A DNA stretch of 64,000 nucleotides from Eledone cirrhosa (lineage: Eukaryota): assembly GCA_964016885.1 (NCBI GenBank), contig OZ024743.1, forward strand, positions 128,898,001 through 128,962,000. Direction: 5' to 3'. How positions within the stretch are numbered: position 1 is the stretch's first letter; each line of letters opens with the position of its first letter. Under the pieces are notes generated by a model. The model did not search any database and was not told the origin of the DNA. It saw only the letters and a list, made by a program, of their open reading frames with translations. The position numbers were made by a program, and so were the translations under genes. Of the stretch, positions 28,131-42,100 are shown piece by piece.

Positions 28131-30836
28131 CCAAGCACCAAACACCAAGCACCAAGCACCAAACACCAAGCACCAAGCACCAAACACCAAGAACCAAGCA
28201 CCAAGCACCAAGTACAAACACCAAGCACCAAACACCAAGCACCAAGCACCAAGCATCAAACACCAAGCACCAAACACCAAGCACCAAGCACCAAGCATCA
28301 AACACCAAGCATATAACACCAAACACCAAACACCAAGCACGAAACACCAAACACCAAGCACCAAGCACCAAACACCAAACACCAAGCACCAAGCACCAAA
28401 CACCTAACACCAAGCACCAAACACCAAGCACCAAGCACCAAGCACCAAACACCAAGCACCAAGCACCAAACACCAAGCACCAAGCACCAAACACAAAGAA
28501 CCAAGCACCAAGCACCAAGTACAAACACCAAGCACCTAGCACCAAACACCAAACACCAAGCCCCAAACACCAAGCACCAATCATCAAGCACCAAACACCA
28601 AGCAACCAGCAGCAAGCACCAAACACCAAACACCAAGCACCAAGCACCAAAAACCAGACACCAAGCACCAAGCACCAAACACCTAACACCAAGCACCAAG
28701 CACCAAGTTCCAAGCACCAAACACCAACAACCAAACACCAAACACCAAGCACCAAACACCAAACACCAAGCACCAAGCACCAAACACCTAACACCAAGCA
28801 CCAAGCACCAACCACCAAACACCAAGCACCAAGCACCAAGCACCAATCACCAAACACCAAGCACCAAACACCAAACACCAAGCACCAAGCACCAAACACC
28901 AAGCACCAAGCACCAAGCATCAAACACCAAGCACCAAACACCAAACACCAAGCACCAAGCATCAAACACCAAGCATATAACATCAAACACCAAACACCAA
29001 GCACCAAGCACCAAACACCAAACACCAAGCACCAAGCACCCAACACCAAACACCAAGCACCAAGCACCAAACACCAAGCACCAAGCACCAAGCAAAAAGC
29101 ACCAAACACCAAGCACCAAACACCAAACACCAAGCACCAAACACCAAACACCAAGCACCAAGCACCAAACACCTAACACCAAGCACCAAACACCAACCAC
29201 CAAACACCAAGCACCAAGCACCAAGCACCAAGCACCAAACACCAAGCACCAAACACCAAGCACCAAACACCTAACACCAAGCACCAAGCACCAAGTACCA
29301 AGCACCAAACACCAAGCACCAAACACCAAACACCAAGCACTAAACACCAAACACCAAACACCAAGCACCAAACACCAAACACCAAGCACGAAGCACCAAG
29401 CACCAAGTACAAACACCAAGCACCAAGCACCAAACACCAAGCACCAAGCATCAAACACCAAACACCAAACACCAAGCACCAAGCACCAAGCATCAAACAC
29501 CAAGCATATATAACACCAAGCACCAAGCACCAAGCACCAAAGACCAAACAGCAAACAGCAAACACCAAACACCTTACAGCAAACACTAAACACCAAAAAG
29601 CAGACACCAAACAGCAAACACCAAACACCAAACACCAAACACCAAACACCAAACACCAAGCACCAAACACCAAGGACCAAGCACCAAACACCTAACACCA
29701 AGCACCAAGCACCAAGCACCAAACACCAAGCACCAAACACCAAACATCAAGCACCAAGCATCAAGCAACAAGTATCCAAACACCAAGAACCAAGAACCAA
29801 ACACCAAGCACCAAGCACCAAGTACAAACACCAAGCACCAAGCACCAAGCACCAAACACCAAGAACCAAGCACCAAACACAAAACACCAAGCACCAAGCA
29901 CCAAGCATCAAACACCAAGCAGCAAACACCAAACACCCAGCACCCAGCACCAAACACCAAACACTAAACACCAACCACCCAGCACCAAGCACCAAACACC
30001 AAGCACCAAGCACCAAGCACCAAACACAAAGCACCCAGCACCAAACACCAAGGCCCAAGCACCCAGCACCAAAAACCAAACACCAAACACCAAACTCCAA
30101 GCACCAAGCACCAAGCACCAGGCACCAAACACCAAGCACCAAGCACCAAACACCAAACGCCAAACACCAAACACCAAGAACCAAGAACCAAACACCAAGC
30201 ACCAAGCACCAAGTACAAAGACCAAGCACCAAGCACCAAGCACCAAACACCAAGCACCAAGCACCAAACACAAAACACCAAGCACCAAGCACCAAGCATC
30301 AAACACCAAGCAGCAAACACCAAACACCAAGCACCAAGCACCAAGCACCAAACACAAAGCACCCAGCACCAAACACCAAGGACCAAGCACCAAGCACCAA
30401 GCACCAAAAACCAAACACGAAACACAAAACACCAAGCACCAAGCACCAAACACCAAACTCCAAGCACCAAGCACCAAGCACCAAACACCAAACACCAAGC
30501 ACCAAGCACCAAGCACCAGGCACCAAACACCAAGCACCAAACACCAAGGAACAAGCACCAAACACCAAACACCAAACACCAAACACCAAACAGCAAACAA
30601 CATAGAGCAAACACTAAACACCAAAAAGCAAACACCAAACAGCAAACAGCAAACACCAAACAACAAACACCAAACAACAAACACCAAACAGCAAACAGCA
30701 AACACCAAACACCAAGCACCAAGCACCAAACACCAAACACCAAACACCAAGCACCAGGCACCTAAACACCAAGCACCAAACACCAAGCACCTAGCACCAA
30801 ACACTAAGCACCAAGCACCAAACACTAAACACCAAG
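23989..30836 (+). repeat. Central ~6.85 kb higher-order unit, copy 1
   Basis: Recurs at +6848/+6849/+6870 (25082..25417 vs 31931..32266; 29964..30761 vs 36834..37631). Confidence 0.92.
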
Positions 30837-33800
30837 CACCAGACACCAAGCACCAAACACCAAACACCAAACACCAAGCACCAAGCACCAAACACCAAAC
30901 ACCAAACACCAAGCACCAAACACCAAACACCAAGCACCAAACACCAAGCACCAGACACCAAGCACCAAACACCAAACACCAAACACCAAGCACCAAACAC
31001 CAAGCACCAAGCACCGAATACCAAACACCAAGCACCGAGCACCAAACACCAAGCACCAAAGACCAAACACCAAACAGCAAACACCAAACACCATACAGCA
31101 AACACTAAACACCAAAAAGCAGACACCAAACAGCAAACACCAAACACCAAACACCAAACACCAAACAGCAAACACCAAACACCAAGCACCAAGTACCAAA
31201 CACCAAGAACCAAGAACCAAACACCAAGCACCAAGCATCAAGTACAAACACCAAGCACCAAGCACCAAGCACCAAACACCAAGAACCAAGCACCAAACAC
31301 AAAACACCAAGCACCAAGCACCAAACACCAAACTCCAAGCACCAATCACCAAGCACCAAACACCAAACACCAAGCACCAAGCACCAAGCACCAAGTACAA
31401 ACACCAAGTACCAAGCACCAAACACAAAACACCAAGCACCACGCACCAAGCATCAAACACCAAGCAGCAAACACCAAACACCAAGCACCAAGCACCAAAC
31501 ACAAAGCACCCAGCACCAAACACCAAGGACCAAGCACCAAGCACCAAGCACCAAAAACCAAACACGTAAACACAAAACACCAAGCACCAAGCACCAAACA
31601 CCAAACTCCAAGCACCAAGCACCAAGCACCAAACACCAAACACCAAGCACCAAGCACCAAGCACCAGGCACGAAACACCAAGCACCAAGCACCAAACACC
31701 AAGCACCAAGCACCAAAGACCAAACACCAAACACCAAACAGCAAACTACATACAGCAAACACCAAACACCAAAAAGCAAACACCAAACACCAAACAGCAA
31801 ACACCAAACAACAAACACCAAACAACAAACACCAAACAGCAAACAGCAAACACCAAACACCAAGCACCAAGCACCAAACACCAAGCACCAGGCACCAAGC
31901 ACCAAGCCCCAAGCACCAAACACCAAGCACCTAGCACCTAGCACCAAACACTAAGCACCAAGCACCAAACACTAAGCACCAAGCACCAAACACCAAGCAC
32001 CAAGCACCAAACACCAAGCACCAAGCACCAAGCACCAAACACCAAACACCAAGCACCAAAGACCAAGCACCAAGCACCAAGCACCAAACACCAAGCACCA
32101 AGCACCAAGCACCAAACACCAAGCACCTAGCACCAAACACCAAACACCAAGCACCAAACACCAAGCACCAATCACCAAGCATCAAACACCAAGCAGCCAG
32201 CAGCAAGCACCAAACACCAAGCACCAAGCACCAAAAACCAAACACCACGCACCAAGCACCAAACACCTAACACCAAGCACCAAGTACCAAGCACCAAACA
32301 CCAAGCACCAAACACCAAACACCAAGCACCAAGCACCAAACACCAAGCACCAAACACCAAACACCAAGCACCAAACACCTAACACCAAACACCAAGCACC
32401 AAACACCAAGCACCAAACACCAAACACCAAGCACCAAACACCTAACACCAAGCACCAAACACCAAGCACCAAACACCAAGCACCAAGCACCAAGCACCAA
32501 GCACCAAACACCAAACACCAAACACCAAGCACCAAGCACCAAACACCAAACACCAAGCACCCAGGACCAAAAACCAAGCACCCAGCACCAAACACCAAGC
32601 ACCAAACACCAACCACTCAGCACCAAGCACCAAACACCAAGCACCAAGCACCAAACACCAAACACCAAACACCAAGCACCAAGCACCAAGCACCAAACAC
32701 CAAACACCAAACACCAAGCACCAAACACCAAACACAAAGCACCAGACACCAAGCACCAAACACCAAACACCAAACACCAAGCACCAAGCACCAAACACCA
32801 AACACCAAACACCAAGCACCAAACACCAAACACCAAGCACCAAACACCAAGCACCAGACACCAAGCACCAAACACCAAACACCAAACACCAAGCACCAAA
32901 CACCAAGCACCAAGCACCGAATACCAAACACCAAGCACCGAGCACCAAACACCAAGCACCAAAGACCAAACACCAAACAGCAAACACCAAACACCATACA
33001 GCAAACACTAAACACCAAAAAGCAGACACCAAACAGCAAACACCAAACACCAAACACCAAACACCAAACAGCAAACACCAAACACCAAGCACCAAGCACC
33101 AAACACCAAGCACCAAGCTCCGAGCACCAAACACCAAGCACCAAGCACCAATCACCAAACACCAAGCACCTAGCACCAAACACCAAACACCAAGCACCAA
33201 GCACCAAACACCAAACACCAAGCACCCAGGACCAAAAACCAAGCACCCAGCACCAAACACCAAGCACCAAACACCAACCACTCAGCACCAAGCACCAAAC
33301 ACCAAGCACCAAGCACCAAACACCAAACACCAAACACCAAGCACCAAGCACCAAGCACCAAACACCAAACACCAAACACCAAGCACCAAACACCAAACAC
33401 AAAGCACCAGACACCAAGCACCAAACACCAAACACCAAACACCAAGCACCAAGCACCAAACACCAAACACCAAACACCAAGCACCAAACACCAAACACCA
33501 AGCACCAAACACCAAGCACCAGACACCAAGCACCAAACACCAAACACCAAACACCAAGCACCAAACACCAAGCACCAAGCACCGAATACCAAACACCAAG
33601 CACCGAGCACCAAACACCAAGCACCAAAGACCAAACACCAAACAGCAAACACCAAACACCATACAGCAAAAACTAAACACCAAAAAGCAGACACCAAACA
33701 GCAAACACCAAACACCAAACACCAAACACCAAACAGCAAACACCAAACACCAAGCACCAAGTACCAAACACCAAGAACCAAGAACCAAACACCAAGCACC

Positions 33801-36800
33801 AAGCATCAAGTACAAACACCAAGCACAAAGCACCAAGCACCAAACACCAAGAACCAAGCACCAAACACAAAAGACCAAGCACCAAGCACCAAACACCAAA
33901 CTCCAAGCACCAAGCACCAAGCACCAAACACCAAACACCAAGCACCAAGCACCAAGCACCAAGTACAAACACCAAGTACCAAGCACCAAACACAAAACAC
34001 CAAGCACCACGCACCAAGCATCAAACACCAAGCAGCAAACACCAAACACCAAGCACCAAGCACCAAACACAAAGCACCCAGCACCAAACACCAAGGACCA
34101 AGCACCAAGCACCAAGCACCAAAAACCAAACACGAAACACAAAACACCAAGCACCAAGCACCAAACACCAAACTCCAAGCACCAAGCACCAAGCACCAAA
34201 CACCAAACACCAAGCACCAAGCACCAAGCACCAAGCACCAAAGACCAAACACCAAACACCAAACAGCAAACAACATACAGCAAACACCAAACACCAAAAA
34301 GCAAACACCAAACACCAAACAGCAAACACCAAACAACAAACACCAAACAACAAACACCAAACAGCAAACAGCAAACACCAAACACCAAGCACCAAGCACC
34401 AAACACCAAGCACCAGGCACCAAGCACCAAGCACCAAGCACCAAACACTAAGCACCAAGCACCAAACACCAAGCACCAAGCACCAAACACCAAGCACCAA
34501 GCACCAAGCACCAAACACCAAACACCAAGCACCAAAGACCAAGCACCAAGCACCAAGCACCAAACACCAAGCACCAAGCACCAAGCACCAAACACCAAGC
34601 ACCTAGCACCAAACACCAAACACCAAGCACCAAACACCAAGCACCAATCACCAAGCATCAAACACCAAGCAGCCAGCAGCAAGCACCAAACACCAAGCAC
34701 CAAGCACCAAAAACCAAACACCAAGCACCAAGCACCAAACACCTAACACCAAGCACCAAGTACCAAGCACCAAACACCAAGCACCAAACACCAAACACCA
34801 AGCACCAAGCACCAAACACCAAGCACCAAACACCAAACACCAAGCACCAAACACCTAACACCAAACACCAAGCACCAAACACCAAGCACCAAACACCAAA
34901 CACCAAGCACCAAACACCTAACACCAAGCACCAAACACCAAGCACCAAACACCAAGCACCAAGCACCAAGCACCAAGCACCAAGCACCAAACACCAAGCA
35001 CCAAGCACCAAACACCAAGCACCAAGCACCAAACACCAAGAACCAAGCACCAAGCACCAAGTACAAACACCAAGCACCAAACACCAAGCACCAAGCACCA
35101 AGCATCAAACACCAAGCACCAAACACCAAGCACCAAGCACCAAGCATCAAACACCAAGCATATAACACCAAACACCAAACACCAAGCACGAAACACCAAA
35201 CACCAAGCACCAAGCACCAAACACCAAACACCAAGCACCAAGCACCAAACACCTAACACCAAGCACCAAACACCAAGCACCAAGCACCAAGCACCAAACA
35301 CCAAGCACCAAGCACCAAACACCAAGCACCAAGCACCAAACACAAAGAACCAAGCACCAAGCACCAAGTACAAACACCAAGCACCAAGCACCAAACACCA
35401 AGCACCTAGCACCAAACACCAAACACCAAGCCCCAAACACCAAGCACCAATCATCAAGCACCAAACACCAAGCAACCAGCAGCAAGCACCAAACACCAAA
35501 CACCAAGCACCAAGCACCAAAAACCAGACACCAAGCACCAAGCACCAAACACCTAACACCAAGCACCAAGCACCAAGTTCCAAGCACCAAACACCAACAA
35601 CCAAACACCAAACACCAAGCACCAAACACCAAACACCAAGCACCAAGCACCAAACACCTAACACCAAGCACCAAGCACCAACCACCAAACACCAAGCACC
35701 AAGCACCAAGCACCAATCACCAAACACCAAGCACCAAACACCAAACACCAAGCACCAAGCACCAAACACCAAGCACCAAGCACCAAGCATCAAACACCAA
35801 GCACCAAACACCAAACACCAAGCACCAAGCATCAAACACCAAGCATATAACATCAAACACCAAACACCAAGCACCAAGCACCAAACACCAAACACCAAGC
35901 ACCAAGCACCCAACACCAAACACCAAGCACCAAGCACCAAACACCAAGCACCAAGCACCAAGCAAAAAGCACCAAACACCAAGCACCAAACACCAAACAC
36001 CAAGCACCAAACACCAAACACCAAGCACCAAGCACCAAACACCTAACACCAAGCACCAAACACCAACCACCAAACACCAAGCACCAAGCACCAAGCACCA
36101 AGCACCAAACACCAAGCACCAAACACCAAGCACCAAACACCTAACACCAAGCACCAAGCACCAAGTACCAAGCACCAAACACCAAGCACCAAACACCAAA
36201 CACCAAGCACTAAACACCAAACACCAAACACCAAGCACCAAACACCAAACACCAAGCACGAAGCACCAAGCACCAAGTACAAACACCAAGCACCAAGCAC
36301 CAAACACCAAGCACCAAGCATCAAACACCAAACACCAAACACCAAGCACCAAGCACCAAGCATCAAACACCAAGCATATATAACACCAAGCACCAAGTAC
36401 CAAGCACCAAAGACCAAACAGCAAACAGCAAACACCAAACACCTTACAGCAAACACTAAACACCAAAAAGCAGACACCAAACAGCAAACACCAAACACCA
36501 AACACCAAACACCAAACACCAAACACCAAGCACCAAACACCAAGGACCAAGCACCAAACACCTAACACCAAGCACCAAGCACCAAGCACCAAACACCAAG
36601 CACCAAACACCAAACATCAAGCACCAAGCATCAAGCAACAAGTATCCAAACACCAAGAACCAAGAACCAAACACCAAGCACCAAGCACCAAGTACAAACA
36701 CCAAGCACCAAGCACCAAGCACCAAACACCAAGAACCAAGCACCAAACACAAAACACCAAGCGCCAAGCACCAAACATCAAACACCAAGCAGCAAACACC

Positions 36801-37706
36801 AAACACCCAGCACCCAGCACCAAACACCAAACACTAAACACCAACCACCCAGCACCAAGCACCAAACACCAAGCACCAAGCACCAAGCACCAAACACAAA
36901 GCACCCAGCACCAAACACCAAGGCCCAAGCACCCAGCACCAAAAACCAAACACCAAACACCAAACTCCAAGCACCAAGCACCAAGCACCAGGCACCAAAC
37001 ACCAAGCACCAAGCACCAAACACCAAACGCCAAACACCAAACACCAAGAACCAAGAACCAAACACCAAGCACCAAGCACCAAGTACAAAGACCAAGCACC
37101 AAGCACCAAGCACCAAACACCAAGCACCAAGCACCAAACACAAAACACCAAGCACCAAGCACCAAGCATCAAACACCAAGCAGCAAACACCAAACACCAA
37201 GCACCAAGCACCAAGCACCAAACACAAAGCACCCAGCACCAAACACCAAGGACCAAGCACCAAGCACCAAGCACCAAAAACCAAACACGAAACACAAAAC
37301 ACCAAGCACCAAGCACCAAACACCAAACTCCAAGCACCAAGCACCAAGCACCAAACACCAAACACCAAGCACCAAGCACCAAGCACCAGGCACCAAACAC
37401 CAAGCACCAAACACCAAGGAACAAGCACCAAACACCAAACACCAAACACCAAACACCAAACAGCAAACAACATAGAGCAAACACTAAACACCAAAAAGCA
37501 AACACCAAACAGCAAACAGCAAACACCAAACAACAAACACCAAACAACAAACACCAAACAGCAAACAGCAAACACCAAACACCAAGCACCAAGCACCAAA
37601 CACCAAACACCAAACACCAAGCACCAGGCACCTAAACACCAAGCACCAAACACCAAGCACCTAGCACCAAACACTAAGCACCAAGCACCAAACACTAAAC
37701 ACCAAG
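30837..37706 (+). repeat. Central ~6.87 kb higher-order unit, copy 2 (tandem to copy 1)
   Basis: Same landmarks as copy 1 plus a 1-bp T insertion at 31567, 21 extra bp near 35380-35400 and SNPs near 33873 and 36763. Confidence 0.92.
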
Positions 37707-39159
37707 CACCAAACACCAAGCACCAAGCACCAAACACCAAGCACCAAGCACCAAACACCAAACACCAAGCACCAAAGACCAAGCACCAAGCACCAAACAC
37801 CAAGCACCCAGCACCAAACACCAAACACTAAACACCAACCACCCAGCACCAAGCACCAAACACCAAGCACCAAGCACCAAACACCAAACACCAAACACCA
37901 AGCACCAAGCACCAAACACCAAGCACCTAGCACCAAACACCAAACACCAAGCACCAAACACCAAGCACCAATCACCAAGCATCAAACACCAAGCAGCCAG
38001 CAGCAAGCACCAAACACCAAACACCAAGCACCAAAAACCAAACACCAAGCACCAAGCACCAAACACCTAACACCAAGCACCAAGCACCAAGTACCAAGCA
38101 CCAAACACCAAGCACCAAACACCAAACACCAAGCACCAAGCACCAAACACCAAACACCAAGCACCAAACACCTAACACCAAACACCAAACACCAACCACC
38201 AAACACCAAACACCAAGCACCAAGCACCAAGCACCAAACACCAAGCACCAAACACCAAGCACCAAACACCAAGCACCAAGCACCAAGCACCAAGCACCAA
38301 ACACCAAGCAACAAACACCAAGCACCAAGCACCAAACACCAAGCACCAAGCACCAAACACCAAGAACCAAGCACCAAGCACCAAGTACAAACACCAAGCA
38401 CCAAGCACCAAACACCAAGCACCAAGCACCAAGCATCAAACACCAAGCACCAAACACCAAGCACCAAGCACCAAGCATCAAACACCAAGCATATAACACC
38501 AAACACCAAACACCAAGCACCAAACACCAAAGACCAAGCACCAAACACCAACCACCAAACACCAAGCACCAAGCACCAAGCACCAAGCACCAATCACCAA
38601 GCACCAAACACCAAGCACCAAGCACCACACACCAAGCACCAAGCACCAAACACCAAGAACCAAGCACCAAGCACCAAGTACAAACACCAAGCAGCAAGCA
38701 CCAAACACCAAGCACCTAGCACCAAACACCAAACACCAAGCACCAAACACCAAGCAGCAATCACCAAGTACCAAACACCAAGCAGCCAGCAGCAAGCACC
38801 AAACACCAAACACCAAGCACCAAGCCCCAAAAACCAGACACCAAGCACCAAGCACCAAACACCTAACACCAAGCACCAAGTACCAAGCACCAAACACCAA
38901 GCACCAAACACCAAACACCAAGCACCAAACACCAAACACCAAGCACCAAGCACCAAACACCTAACACCAAGCACCAAGCACCAACCACCAAACAGCAAGC
39001 ACCAAGCACCAAGCACCAAGCACCAAACACCAAGCACCAAACAGCAAGCACCAAGCACCAAGCACCAAACACCAAGCACCAAGCACCAAATACCAAGCAC
39101 CAAGCACCAAGCATCAAACACCAAGCACCAAACACCAAACACCAAGCACCAAGCACCAA

Positions 39160-42100
39160 ACACAAAGCACCCAGCACCAAACACCAAGGACCAAGCACCA
39201 AGCACCAAGCACCAAAAACCAAACACGAAACACAAAACACCAAGCACCAAGCACCAAACACCAAACTCCAAGCACCAAGCACCAAGCACCAAACACCAAA
39301 CACCAAGCACCAAGCACCAAGCACCAAGCACCAAAGACCAAACACCAAACACCAAACAGCAAACAACATACAGCAAACACCAAACACCAAAAAGCAAACA
39401 CCAAACACCAAACAGCAAACACCAAACAACAAACACCAAACAACAAACACCAAACAGCAAACAGCAAACACCAAACACCAAGCACCAAGCACCAAACACC
39501 AAGCACCAGGCACCAAGCACCAAGCACCAAGCACCAAACACTAAGCACCAAGCACCAAACACCAAGCACCAAGCACCAAACACCAAGCACCAAGCACCAA
39601 GCACCAAACACCAAACACCAAGCACCAAAGACCAAGCACCAAGCACCAAGCACCAAACACCAAGCACCAAGCACCAAGCACCAAACACCAAGCACCTAGC
39701 ACCAAACACCAAACACCAAGCACCAAACACCAAGCACCAATCACCAAGCATCAAACACCAAGCAGCCAGCAGCAAGCACCAAACACCAAGCACCAAGCAC
39801 CAAAAACCAAACACCAAGCACCAAGCACCAAACACCTAACACCAAGCACCAAGTACCAAGCACCAAACACCAAGCACCAAACACCAAACACCAAGCACCA
39901 AGCACCAAACACCAAGCACCAAACACCAAACACCAAGCACCAAACACCTAACACCAAACACCAAGCACCAAACACCAAGCACCAAACACCAAACACCAAG
40001 CACCAAACACCTAACACCAAGCACCAAACACCAAGCACCAAACACCAAGCACCAAGCACCAAGCACCAAGCACCAAGCACCAAACACCAAGCACCAAGCA
40101 CCAAACACCAAGCACCAAGCACCAAACACCAAGAACCAAGCACCAAGCACCAAGTACAAACACCAAGCACCAAACACCAAGCACCAAGCACCAAGCATCA
40201 AACACCAAGCACCAAACACCAAGCACCAAGCACCAAGCATCAAACACCAAGCATATAACACCAAACACCAAACACCAAGCACGAAACACCAAACACCAAG
40301 CACCAAGCACCAAACACCAAACACCAAGCACCAAGCACCAAACACCTAACACCAAGCACCAAACACCAAGCACCAAGCACCAAGCACCAAACACCAAGCA
40401 CCAAGCACCAAACACCAAGCACCAAGCACCAAACACAAAGAACCAAGCACCAAGCACCAAGTACAAACACCAAGCACCAAGCACCAAACACCAAGCACCT
40501 AGCACCAAACACCAAACACCAAGCCCCAAACACCAAGCACCAATCATCAAGCACCAAACACCAAGCAACCAGCAGCAAGCACCAAACACCAAACACCAAG
40601 CACCAAGCACCAAAAACCAGACACCAAGCACCAAGCACCAAACACCTAACACCAAGCACCAAGCACCAAGTTCCAAGCACCAAACACCAACAACCAAACA
40701 CCAAACACCAAGCACCAAACACCAAACACCAAGCACCAAGCACCAAACACCTAACACCAAGCACCAAGCACCAACCACCAAACACCAAGCACCAAGCACC
40801 AAGCACCAATCACCAAACACCAAGCACCAAACACCAAACACCAAGCACCAAGCACCAAACACCAAGCACCAAGCACCAAGCATCAAACACCAAGCACCAA
40901 ACACCAAACACCAAGCACCAAGCATCAAACACCAAGCATATAACATCAAACACCAAACACCAAGCACCAAGCACCAAACACCAAACACCAAGCACCAAGC
41001 ACCCAACACCAAACACCAAGCACCAAGCACCAAACACCAAGCACCAAGCACCAAGCAAAAAGCACCAAACACCAAGCACCAAACACCAAACACCAAGCAC
41101 CAAACACCAAACACCAAGCACCAAGCACCAAACACCTAACACCAAGCACCAAACACCAACCACCAAACACCAAGCACCAAGCACCAAGCACCAAGCACCA
41201 AACACCAAGCACCAAACACCAAGCACCAAACACCTAACACCAAGCACCAAGCACCAAGTACCAAGCACCAAACACCAAGCACCAAACACCAAACACCAAG
41301 CACTAAACACCAAACACCAAACACCAAGCACCAAACACCAAACACCAAGCACGAAGCACCAAGCACCAAGTACAAACACCAAGCACCAAGCACCAAACAC
41401 CAAGCACCAAGCATCAAACACCAAACACCAAACACCAAGCACCAAGCACCAAGCATCAAACACCAAGCATATATAACACCAAGCACCAAGCACCAAGCAC
41501 CAAAGACCAAACAGCAAACAGCAAACACCAAACACCTTACAGCAAACACTAAACACCAAAAAGCAGACACCAAACAGCAAACACCAAACACCAAACACCA
41601 AACACCAAACACCAAACACCAAGCACCAAACACCAAGGACCAAGCACCAAACACCTAACACCAAGCACCAAGCACCAAGCACCAAACACCAAGCACCAAA
41701 CACCAAACATCAAGCACCAAGCATCAAGCAACAAGTATCCAAACACCAAGAACCAAGAACCAAACACCAAGCACCAAGCACCAAGTACAAACACCAAGCA
41801 CCAAGCACCAAGCACCAAACACCAAGAACCAAGCACCAAACACAAAACACCAAGCACCAAGCACCAAGCATCAAACACCAAGCAGCAAACACCAAACACC
41901 CAGCACCCAGCACCAAACACCAAACACTAAACACCAACCACCCAGCACCAAGCACCAAACACCAAGCACCAAGCACCAAGCACCAAACACAAAGCACCCA
42001 GCACCAAACACCAAGGCCCAAGCACCCAGCACCAAAAACCAAACACCAAACACCAAACTCCAAGCACCAAGCACCAAGCACCAGGCACCAAACACCAAGC

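Noticed and set aside
31561-31575. Single T insertion at 31567 (CACGTAAA) as a meaningful element
   Set aside because: Private to one copy (absent at ~24717, 43527, 47117), so it is most likely a recent mutation or consensus error.
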